Shown piece after piece: positions 9,747-20,274 of a stretch of 64,000 nt of DNA (positions within the stretch are counted from its first letter, which is position 1; every line of letters begins with the position of its first letter). Both the position numbers and the translations under genes were made by a program. The notes under the pieces were generated by a model. That model searched no databases and was not told the DNA's origin. It was given only the letters and a program-made list of their open reading frames with translations. Origin of the DNA: an uncultured Gammaproteobacteria bacterium (GTDB lineage: Bacteria; Patescibacteriota; Microgenomatia; CAYXHB01; CAZYTL01); NCBI GenBank assembly GCA_964650355.1, contig CAZYTL010000002.1, positions 109,465-173,464 on the forward strand. Reading direction: 5' to 3'.

Positions 9747-9874
9747 AGTCTAGTTGAAAAGTCGGCTCGATTTTTCAACTAAGTCATTCTGGAGGCAAAG
9801 CCGATAGAATCTCGTTTGGGATCCTATCACTTCGTTCCAGGATGACGTTGGCGTTCCTACTTTTCAAATAGGCT
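9747..9874. mobile_element. Putative 128-bp MITE/REP-like element
   Basis: Terminal inverted repeats AGTCTAGTTGAAAAGT (9747-9762) and ACTTTTCAAATAGGCT (9859-9874) match at 14/16. Internal hairpins at 9751-9781 and GTCATTCTGGA...TCCAGGATGAC (9783-9846). No clear target-site duplication. Confidence 0.5.
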
Positions 9875-9884
9875 GTAAGACAGT

Positions 9885-12259
<2,375 letters not shown>

Positions 12260-12265
12260 AACTGG

Positions 12266-14260
12266 TTATTTTTTATTGACAGTGGGTTTTCTCTTGGGAG
12301 TTTTTGATTTGACGGGTTTTTTTGCCGGGGGGCTGATCTTTTCAGGCGGCTTTTCGGGTGGTTCCTGTTCCGGTTTCTGGTCATCTGACTCTGGTTGGGA
12401 ATTGGATTGGTTTTCAGTCCCTTCCCGATTCTGGTTTTCTTTTTCTTGATGGGTTTCTGTTTGGTGTGTTTGAGGCGGGGTTTGATTTTCAGGTTGGGAA
12501 GTTTTTTCTTCTTTTTGCGGCTGGCCGGTTTGGACAGGCGGATTGTCAGGTGCCGGGGAGGCGGTTGGTAACGAGGTATTTTCTTCATTTGCAGGCTGAT
12601 TTTCCTGGTTAGAGTCAGGTAGTTGCAGATGATCTCTCATTGAGGGGTACTTTTTAAGATACAAGCGCAAACACATTTCCAGATAAGATTCTATTTCCTC
12701 CAATTTCTTGGCGCGTTCATAGAGCTGTTTAAATTCTGTATTGTCAAGTTCACGAAAGAATTGGATAAACTGAGTTTCAAACGAGCCTACTTCGGACAAA
12801 GGCATTTGATCCATGCGTCCGGAAGTGGCGATGGCTAGCAATAAAACTTCTTCCTCCTCAGATAGGTTGAGAGAAGACTCTTGAGCGAATATTTCCCTGA
12901 CTCGTTTACCCCGACTGATTTCCTGGACGGTTTCTTCTGCCACCTCAGTATTCATGGTTTCAAATGACTTTACTTCGTTATAACGGGCCAGTTGCCTGCT
13001 GGCCAACTCACCTACTTTTTTTAATAACTGGGTCTGGACTTTGCCTCCAATTCTGGAAACAGATAAACCTGAATTAACGGCAGGTATGATGCCTTCGTGC
13101 ATCATATTGGCATCTAGATAAATATGGCCGTCGGTGATAGACATTAAGTTGGTAATAATATACTCAGACACGTCACCTGATTGGGTTTCCGCAATGGGTA
13201 AAGCAGTCATGGAGCCACCTCCTAATTTTTTGTCTAATTTGGCGGCTCTTTCCAGGAGTCGGGAATGTAAGAAAAAAATATCACCGGGATAAGCGTCTCT
13301 TCCCGGAGAGCGTTTCATGAGTAGGGATACCTGACGGTAGGCCTTGGCCTGCTTTGACAAATCATCGTAAACAATTAAACAATGTTTTCCTTGGTACATA
13401 AAATGTTCGCACAAAGCTGCTCCCACATAAGGAGCAATGTATTGCAATGAAGGAGAATCATCTGACAGGGCTAACACCACAGTGGTAAACTTCATAGCTT
13501 CCCTTTCTTGCAATAATTGGACGGTAGCTTTGGCCTTGGCAGCCTGAATGCCGATGCCCACATACACACAAATGACTTCTTGGCCTTTTTGGTTACAAAT
13601 GATATCGATGGCGGTTCTGCTTTTGCCGGTTTTTCTATCTCCGATCACTAGCTCTCTTTGTCCCTTGCCGACTGGAACAGTAGTATCGATGGCCATCAAT
13701 CCGGTGTGCAAAGGCTGATAAATATTTTCTCTTGACACGACTGAGGGAGCAGGAAATTCAACATCTCTGGTTTCATCACCCTCAATCGGACCTTTACCGT
13801 CCAAGGGATCGCCCAGGGGGTTGATCACTCTTCCCAATAAAGATTTTCCGGTAGGAATTGACAGTCTTTTGTTGGTGGCGATGGCATGATCATCAACTTT
13901 AATTTTGCTATAGTCCCCCAAGACTACTGTTTCTACTGAGTCCTCCTCCACTCCTAAAACCAAGGCCTGTTCTGATCCGGAGCTGGTTTTAACTTTAATC
14001 ACGTCTTCCACTCGGACATTATCAATGCCACTGATTTTACAAACACCGTCGCCAATATAGGAAACTTTTCCGATCTGGGAAACTTTTTCTTTAAGATCTT
14101 CTTCTGGAAAAGTGTAGTTGATTAATTCTTTAAAGGACTGATCTGCTGCCAGTTCAGCTTGTTCCTTTACCCCAGCACTGGGTAATTGAATGCCATGCAG
14201 ATCTACTTTAAAGAGATCTGGTTTTGAATCTCGGTTTAAAAATTTAGTCAGATCGTTCAT
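12266..14260 (-). CDS. atpA: F1 alpha subunit with N-terminal extension and ~120-aa low-complexity C-terminal tail
   Basis: GDG, LGRVINPLG.PLDG, GKGQRELVIGDRKTGKS, YDDLSKQA.AYR, PGRDAYPGDIFFLHSRLLER, SITDG, SVSRIGG. Confidence 0.97.
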   Translation of the reverse strand: MNDLTKFLNRDSKPDLFKVDLHGIQLPSAGVKEQAELAADQSFKELINYTFPEEDLKEKVSQIGKVSYIGDGVCKISGIDNVRVEDVIKVKTSSGSEQALVLGVEEDSVETVVLGDYSKIKVDDHAIATNKRLSIPTGKSLLGRVINPLGDPLDGKGPIEGDETRDVEFPAPSVVSRENIYQPLHTGLMAIDTTVPVGKGQRELVIGDRKTGKSRTAIDIICNQKGQEVICVYVGIGIQAAKAKATVQLLQEREAMKFTTVVLALSDDSPSLQYIAPYVGAALCEHFMYQGKHCLIVYDDLSKQAKAYRQVSLLMKRSPGRDAYPGDIFFLHSRLLERAAKLDKKLGGGSMTALPIAETQSGDVSEYIITNLMSITDGHIYLDANMMHEGIIPAVNSGLSVSRIGGKVQTQLLKKVGELASRQLARYNEVKSFETMNTEVAEETVQEISRGKRVREIFAQESSLNLSEEEEVLLLAIATSGRMDQMPLSEVGSFETQFIQFFRELDNTEFKQLYERAKKLEEIESYLEMCLRLYLKKYPSMRDHLQLPDSNQENQPANEENTSLPTASPAPDNPPVQTGQPQKEEKTSQPENQTPPQTHQTETHQEKENQNREGTENQSNSQPESDDQKPEQEPPEKPPEKISPPAKKPVKSKTPKRKPTVNKK

Positions 14261-14310
14261 AATGTCCCATATCTCAATTCCTAATCCAATAGTACTACGC
14301 TTACTGTTCC

Positions 14311-14889
14311 CTATTCCACTTCTACCAGTTTAGAAGTCTTGGTTAAACTGGCAATCCACTGCCTTTGAAATTGTTGGAATTTAGACCGCAGAGAGTGATC
14401 AAAGACTAAATTTTCTATTCTCACTAACGCTCCGCCTAAAATGGCGGGTTTGACTTCAACGCTGATAACTACATGACGGTTTAATAACTGCCCAAACTGT
14501 TGGGCAAAATCGCGGACTTCTGACGTTTGTAAGTCAAGAGCCACAGCCATAAAGACAATGCCTATTTTTTCTATCTGTTGCTGAAAGTTTTGCACAAATT
14601 CATCAAAGTAATCAAAATTCTCCGAACTGAATAGCCAAAATTGGTGATCGGCAAATAAGTCAGAAAAGAAATTGTATAATTCTGGCTGGGATACGTCTTT
14701 CAAAAGAAGGAGCAGTTGGGTTTTCTTTTGGCCAGCAGTCAGGGTTTCATCATCCACGATTTGATGGGCATGCATTTTAAAGCCGCGATTACTGGCCAAA
14801 CTTTCTAAGATGGTGGAAACCTGAGATAAGGTTTGGGTGTCATATATCTGTCTGATCAGTGATAGCGATAAACTTTCTATGCCGTTCAT
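14311..14889 (-). CDS. atpH: F1 delta (OSCP-like) subunit
   Basis: C-terminal V.PAILGG..VRI...VFD.SLR motif; lies between atpF and atpA. Confidence 0.85.
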   Translation of the reverse strand: MNGIESLSLSLIRQIYDTQTLSQVSTILESLASNRGFKMHAHQIVDDETLTAGQKKTQLLLLLKDVSQPELYNFFSDLFADHQFWLFSSENFDYFDEFVQNFQQQIEKIGIVFMAVALDLQTSEVRDFAQQFGQLLNRHVVISVEVKPAILGGALVRIENLVFDHSLRSKFQQFQRQWIASLTKTSKLVEVE

Positions 14890-14892
14890 AGT

Positions 14893-15423
14893 TTACAATT
14901 TTTGTTTTTCTTCTTTAATTTCGTTAACCGCTCTTTGGATTAGGTCGACTTGATCCGCCCGAGTCAGGCTTTTTTCCACCACTTTTTCACTGACACTGAT
15001 GACTAATTTGACCATTTCTCCTTCTATCTGATGTTGACGTTTTTCACGATAGTCTTCCAATTCTTGGTCAGCACTGGTAAGAATTTCCTGAGATTGTTCC
15101 CGAGCTTGCTTGAGAATGGCTTTTTTCTCTTCTTTAGCGTCCTCAACTATTTGATCATATTCATCCTGGGCCTGATTTTCTAAATTTTCGGCTACATGCT
15201 GCAGCCTTCTAATTAGAGCAAAAGCTTTATCAAGTCTTTCTTCTGTTTCGTTATGGACACGTTTTTGGTGTTCGGCAAGTTGTTTTTTGGCGTGTTCTAA
15301 AAAGGCTACTAACTGTTGTTCGTGTTTGCGGGACCGGCGCCAAAAATAGATCACCAAAATGGCAATATAAAAGACTGTGATTCCAGTATAAATTAACCAA
15401 GTATTATCCATGGGCAGTTTCAA
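14893..15423 (-). CDS. atpF: F0 subunit b-like peripheral stalk protein
   Basis: Single N-terminal TM helix, long E/Q/K coiled coil and C-terminal LVISVSEKVVEKSL...Q..LI; lies immediately before atpH. Confidence 0.8.
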   Translation of the reverse strand: MKLPMDNTWLIYTGITVFYIAILVIYFWRRSRKHEQQLVAFLEHAKKQLAEHQKRVHNETEERLDKAFALIRRLQHVAENLENQAQDEYDQIVEDAKEEKKAILKQAREQSQEILTSADQELEDYREKRQHQIEGEMVKLVISVSEKVVEKSLTRADQVDLIQRAVNEIKEEKQKL

Positions 15424-15427
15424 TCCA

Positions 15428-17467
15428 TTATCTAATGATCAGCAAGGCTGCTGCAACCGCTAAACCGGCAGCTAATACAAATGCTAATAAACTTCCGTAT
15501 AAATTTAATTGTAACCTGGTCTTAGCAAAAGGGTTCCTGCCAATGGCTTCCAGGCCCCGGCTGGCCATCATGCCTCCTCCGATGCTGGCACCCAGAATGC
15601 CAAAACCCGCTGCCAATCCGGCGCCGATATAGCGGATAACCGCGTACTTGTTTAGACCTTCGCCCTTTAATAACTCCTGAAGTTTTTCTGTGACCTGGCC
15701 TTTAACCTCACCTATTCCCCCACCTCCGCCTGGGGGGATCTCATCTTTATCCGGGGAACCTTGGACTTCAAATACATTACTCACGCCGATCATCCCGTCA
15801 CCTGCCACTGTAATGGTGACCTCTTTATGCGCGAGGGAAATTATGGCTTGAAGATGCCAAATTCCATCTGCAGAAGCACTGGCCACCGGCGGATCAATAG
15901 TGCCGGTGGTGTCGGTAATGGCTAAAGGTCCGTCGTAATCAGTAATGAATTCGTTTAATGAATTTTTGGCGCCGATGGAGACCACAAAGGGAACACCTAC
16001 CTGTTGAGGGCTGGGAATCTCGTCGATCACTAGCCTGCGATTCAAGCCGGTGCCCACACTGCCCACTACTTTGGCAAACTTGGTGATGGTTCCTTGGGTG
16101 GCGGTAACCGTTAAAGTGCCAATGCCTGATTCAGAGGCGGTCAATAACACAGTGTTACCAACAGCATTGCTCAGCGTTCCTAAATTACCTTCGATATCAA
16201 AGGAGTAATTTACCCCGGTAACCAGATTACCATAAGCATCTACCCCTTCTGCCAAAATAGGAATGGTGGCCCCGGCTAAGGCGGAGATGATATCAGGATC
16301 AACATTTACTGACGACAACACCCCTGGTATCGGGGTAGGGGTGATGGTGGGAGTGGGAGTAATAGTGGGCACTGTGCTGGGAGTGGGAGTAGCAGTAGTT
16401 GTGGGTGTGGGCGACGGAGCCTGAGTGGGCGTAGGAGTGCCCGCACCCCCCCCGCCTGTCCCGGTACTGGCCTCAACCACAGACACGCTAGCAGTGCTGC
16501 CAACTATTCCGGAAGTAGCTTTGACGGTATTTAAGAAGTTACCTACAGTGGTGCCGGCGGTAAATAATCCGGTAGAATCTATGGTACCTCCGCCGTTTTC
16601 CACTGTCCAGGTGACTGAAGATAAGGTTTTTTGATTGTTGTAGAGATCGTAGCCGGTGGCCGTAAAGGGAATAAAACTACTGGTGGGTACGACTGCCAAA
16701 CTGGGACTGATGATGATGTAGGTTAAAATTCCTGGGGTGGCAGTTTCGTAAAAAGGTACGGCATTGCTGATGCCGCTGGCCAAAGTACCGGTGACAATGT
16801 AAGTGCCACTTTTATTGCCTAAAGTAAGGGCGGTGCTCACGTAGCCGCTACTGTTAGAATTTCCGGATAAACTACTCAAAAGTTGTCCGGAAGCTCCGAT
16901 CGGATAACTGGTGATGGCCCAGTTAACACCCACGTTGGCAAGAGGATTGTTAAAAGGATCCAGAACCCGCAGCTGTAAATTTACCGGCAAGAGATTGGTG
17001 ACGATTCCGGACTGATTATTGCCGGCAGTAATAGTGAGAAATTTAATCCGGGAATCAGCTGACACGGTGAAAGTCGAGGACTGACCGTTGATACTGCCGG
17101 TGGTAGCGGTGATCTTTGTGGAGCTAGAAGCCTGAGTGATATAGACATTGCCGGTCCATACTCCGGCGGAAAAACTTCCGGTCGCAGTGGGACTGAGGGT
17201 GGCCGTATCATCAGTCAAAGTCACGGTACCTGAATAACTAGTTAATTTCTGGCCGTTTTCATCAAGGGCGGTAATGGTAATTTGGAAAGGTACTCCGGCT
17301 AATTTGGTACCGCCGTTAGTATCATCGACCACTGAAAAAGAGGTTAAGGTTTGGGCGATAACCGGATGAACACCCCAATTCAAAAACACCATGCCCAACA
17401 ACACAACCACTGCCAGCCAGCCCCCCAAACGGCTGAGGGGATTTAAGAGACCTTTTTTTGCTATCAT
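15428..17467 (-). CDS. Exported multi-Ig-domain protein fused to a C-terminal ATP synthase subunit c-like hairpin, in the atpE position
   Basis: Signal peptide (...VIA/Q), about five Ig-like domains (Big_1-like GNNQSG...LRVLDPFNNPL; Big_2-like FTATGYD...VTWTV...GTID.TGLFTA) and a PT-rich linker. The last 68 aa are RYIGAGLAAGFGILGASIGGGMMASRGLEAIGRNPFAKTRLQLNLYGSLLAFVLAAGLAVAAALLIIR. The stop is 4 bp from the atpF start. Confidence 0.88.
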   Translation of the reverse strand: MIAKKGLLNPLSRLGGWLAVVVLLGMVFLNWGVHPVIAQTLTSFSVVDDTNGGTKLAGVPFQITITALDENGQKLTSYSGTVTLTDDTATLSPTATGSFSAGVWTGNVYITQASSSTKITATTGSINGQSSTFTVSADSRIKFLTITAGNNQSGIVTNLLPVNLQLRVLDPFNNPLANVGVNWAITSYPIGASGQLLSSLSGNSNSSGYVSTALTLGNKSGTYIVTGTLASGISNAVPFYETATPGILTYIIISPSLAVVPTSSFIPFTATGYDLYNNQKTLSSVTWTVENGGGTIDSTGLFTAGTTVGNFLNTVKATSGIVGSTASVSVVEASTGTGGGGAGTPTPTQAPSPTPTTTATPTPSTVPTITPTPTITPTPIPGVLSSVNVDPDIISALAGATIPILAEGVDAYGNLVTGVNYSFDIEGNLGTLSNAVGNTVLLTASESGIGTLTVTATQGTITKFAKVVGSVGTGLNRRLVIDEIPSPQQVGVPFVVSIGAKNSLNEFITDYDGPLAITDTTGTIDPPVASASADGIWHLQAIISLAHKEVTITVAGDGMIGVSNVFEVQGSPDKDEIPPGGGGGIGEVKGQVTEKLQELLKGEGLNKYAVIRYIGAGLAAGFGILGASIGGGMMASRGLEAIGRNPFAKTRLQLNLYGSLLAFVLAAGLAVAAALLIIR

Positions 17468-17478
17468 ATACTTAATAC

Positions 17479-17508
17479 AGTATAGCTAATTTTTAAACCT
17501 ATACGCAA
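17479..17508 (-). promoter_or_regulatory. Putative promoter of the atp-like operon
   Basis: Minus strand TTGCGT-18 bp-TATACT, 11 nt upstream of the ATG at 17467. Confidence 0.55.
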
Positions 17509-17512
17509 AAGT

Positions 17513-18082
17513 ATGAAACAGGAGAAAATCAAGGCAATTATCGATCAATTTGTAACTGATCGCCAAACTATCGACAAAGAAAAACTCAGGCAATATGTTT
17601 TCCAGTCATTAAGTGATTGTCATACCGAAGCTGACTATCTGATCAATAATCCTGAAAATAAAAATCATCTACATCAAATAAATGATCTGTTGGCCCAACA
17701 CCAGCAACCGGAGATTCGTCAATTAGGACTCACAGCCATGGAGAGAATCAACCAACTGCATAAAGAAGTTGAGAGCTGGATTAACGATAACGTTGATTCT
17801 CCGGAAAGATTTGAATTCTCGATTCAAGCTAAAGCCACTGAAATAAGTTCCGGCAACCAGGATTATGATTATTGGGCTGCCTTGACTATTCGGCACGATC
17901 AACTTTTGGCTGCGGTAGTGATCTTCGAAGAAGCGTTGGCAAAGCTGTCCAGCTTGATTCATACGGAGCCAGCAGAAGCGGTTAACTCTCCGGATCTAAA
18001 ATATTTTGCCGAGCACACCAGCCCGGAACGAATTTTTAAGGCAGCGGAGGAGATTTACCAACTCAGGAACCAATTTCATTGA
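17513..18082 (+). CDS. Hypothetical soluble helical protein
   Basis: 189-aa hydrophilic ORF divergent from the atp-like operon, no motif recognised. It has no multi-TM profile, so it is not subunit a. Confidence 0.7.
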   Translation: MKQEKIKAIIDQFVTDRQTIDKEKLRQYVFQSLSDCHTEADYLINNPENKNHLHQINDLLAQHQQPEIRQLGLTAMERINQLHKEVESWINDNVDSPERFEFSIQAKATEISSGNQDYDYWAALTIRHDQLLAAVVIFEEALAKLSSLIHTEPAEAVNSPDLKYFAEHTSPERIFKAAEEIYQLRNQFH

Positions 18083-18837
18083 TATTCAATCGAAGGGATG
18101 GTCATCAAGACTGATGGAAGTGGCTGGCCCTCCAGTGGCTTAGTGGTTAATTTCCAAATTAAATATCCTGCTTGATTACGCTCTGCTCCCTGGATGCTTA
18201 AGACTCGGGAAAATTCTCTCCATGATCCGATATAGCGAGGTCTCTCATAGGTGGTCAATATGTACTGGGCGTCACCTAATTGGTCTGTGTCTTCCAAAAA
18301 GGAGACATGGGCTCCGGTAAACCCTCTGGCCTGAGCTACGGAGTACTCGGTCAGGACTGGTACGGTAACTGGCTGGGACACAAAATCTTTGATGCTTTGA
18401 TAATTAATCTGCTTTTGATAAAGAAATAGTCTGTCTTCCAAGATGTTAAACCAGGACAAATTATCTAAAACCGGATGGACCAACAAAAAGGAAGGAGTCA
18501 CGGCATCTGGTTTGGATTTCAAGGACAACCATAACTGACCGCACTGGGGTTTGCAGAGATATAAAAATTTAATTTTTACGTAGCGTTTGGTAATGGGTAC
18601 TCGGGAATAGAATATGAATTCCGGCGTGGATACCTGCTTGGTTTCGCTTTCAGTGGGTGGCAACAAAGGATCTTTGACTTGACCACCATGAAATGCCGAG
18701 GTGTGTTGATGATTTTGTTCCCAAGCAAAGGCGCGAGGAAAATGATAGTCCAAAAATAATCCCACACCTACTAGACCTAAACCTGTTAAAATTAACCATA
18801 AATTAGATATCGGTAACTTTTCCATTCCGCTGATCAT
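18076..18837 (-). CDS. Hypothetical protein with N-terminal membrane anchor
   Basis: 253-aa ORF with one TM (LWLILTGLGLVGVGLFL) and a CxxxC. Confidence 0.7.
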   Translation of the reverse strand: MISGMEKLPISNLWLILTGLGLVGVGLFLDYHFPRAFAWEQNHQHTSAFHGGQVKDPLLPPTESETKQVSTPEFIFYSRVPITKRYVKIKFLYLCKPQCGQLWLSLKSKPDAVTPSFLLVHPVLDNLSWFNILEDRLFLYQKQINYQSIKDFVSQPVTVPVLTEYSVAQARGFTGAHVSFLEDTDQLGDAQYILTTYERPRYIGSWREFSRVLSIQGAERNQAGYLIWKLTTKPLEGQPLPSVLMTIPSIEYQ

Positions 18838-18857
18838 ATATAACTCGCTTTATTGAT

Positions 18858-20270
18858 ATGAAATTGAAACTTTTTTCCGGAAAACAAATTGTTTATATCT
18901 GGCTCGGCTTTGCAGGGGTGGTGTTGATGCTCCACTTTATTTTAAGACAAATCCGTTACCAGGTTTTTTTTGATATGGACAATTATTGGCCGGTGAGTAT
19001 TTTTTTACCTAAAATCCCTGCTCCCCAAGATGCAGTGATCTTGTTGGGGATAATTCTATTATGGTGGGCATTTTTAAGATACTGGGATTCGGCGCATAAG
19101 TCTATTTGGAAAATCACGTTTCTTATAGGAGCTTTAATAGTTGCCACTACAGCACTTCAGGGAATTAAACAAGGGTTCGTATTTCCCATCACGGGGACAG
19201 GACCGGGATCGATTACCTACTATGTTGATATTCAAGGGATCACCGACCCTGTTAAATTATTAACCAGTTATACCACGATTCAATCGACTTTGCGCGCTCA
19301 CAGCCGAGTCCATCCTCCTGGGGCAATGCTGTTTTCCTATTTACTGGACAAAATTTGGCATGAGCCGATTTTTACCTCAGTGGCTCAAGCTTTGATTGGC
19401 TTGCTAAGCATTCCTTTGCTCTATGGGGTGCTGAGAAAACGTGATGATTCCCAGTGGGCTTTTTTGGGGGCTACGATTTTAGGATTGTTGCCTGCCACCC
19501 AAATTTATTATCTTTCCAGCTTAGATGCGGTGGTGGTTGTAATTTTCTTAATGATTGTTTATCTGGGCTATCAAAAGTTAAATCAGAAGTCTGCTAAACT
19601 TCAGTGGCAATGGCTGATGATCACGGCTGTGATTTTATGGCTGGCTGCGTTCATCTCGTTTGCCGTGCTGGTGTTAATTTCGGTGATACTTTTCATTGAC
19701 TGGCAAAAAAATCAGCGCCTGACCTGGAGTCTTCCTCTGTTGGGCATCACGGTGGCGATTTTTTTTGTAGTTTACAATTTTACAGGGTTTAATTATTTAA
19801 ACAGTCTGGCTATCGCCACCAAATATGAAGGTCCTCCGCAGTTTTATTTGTTGGCTGAGCCTTTGTCTTACGTGGCGACCCGAATAGAAGATTGTCTCGA
19901 GATTCTGGTGTTTTTTACTCCCTGGTTAGCATATCTACTAGTGAGGCAGTTTAAACAGCAAATTCATAAATATAAGCAGGTGTTACTGCCTCGACCGTCC
20001 GTCAATAATTTCAAAAAGTTAGTAAGACAACAGCCAATAATTAATATCGGTTTGGTGGTAGTAGGGGCTCTAATTTTGTTTTTCTTAGCCGGCGCTTACT
20101 ATACCGGCGAAACTGCCAGGGCAGCTAACTTTATTTACCCCTTTCTGATTATGCTGGTTATTCCGATTATAGAGCGAGCTAAACCAGGCGTGCGCGAGCA
20201 AAAGTTGCTCCTGAGTTTGATTTTTCTGCAGACCGTGGTCATGCAAACGTTTGGGTGGTTCGTATGGTAA
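18858..20270 (+). CDS. GT-C-fold polytopic membrane protein (putative mannosyltransferase)
   Basis: H.RVHPPG motif, SSLDA, GETAR in a late loop, 10 or more TM segments. Confidence 0.7.
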   Translation: MKLKLFSGKQIVYIWLGFAGVVLMLHFILRQIRYQVFFDMDNYWPVSIFLPKIPAPQDAVILLGIILLWWAFLRYWDSAHKSIWKITFLIGALIVATTALQGIKQGFVFPITGTGPGSITYYVDIQGITDPVKLLTSYTTIQSTLRAHSRVHPPGAMLFSYLLDKIWHEPIFTSVAQALIGLLSIPLLYGVLRKRDDSQWAFLGATILGLLPATQIYYLSSLDAVVVVIFLMIVYLGYQKLNQKSAKLQWQWLMITAVILWLAAFISFAVLVLISVILFIDWQKNQRLTWSLPLLGITVAIFFVVYNFTGFNYLNSLAIATKYEGPPQFYLLAEPLSYVATRIEDCLEILVFFTPWLAYLLVRQFKQQIHKYKQVLLPRPSVNNFKKLVRQQPIINIGLVVVGALILFFLAGAYYTGETARAANFIYPFLIMLVIPIIERAKPGVREQKLLLSLIFLQTVVMQTFGWFVW

Positions 20271-20274
20271 CTAG

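Noticed and set aside
16326-16460. Short GGGAGT/GGGGT-type tandem repeats as a CRISPR or VNTR
   Set aside because: They are the codons of the Pro/Thr linker, with no fixed repeat-spacer structure.
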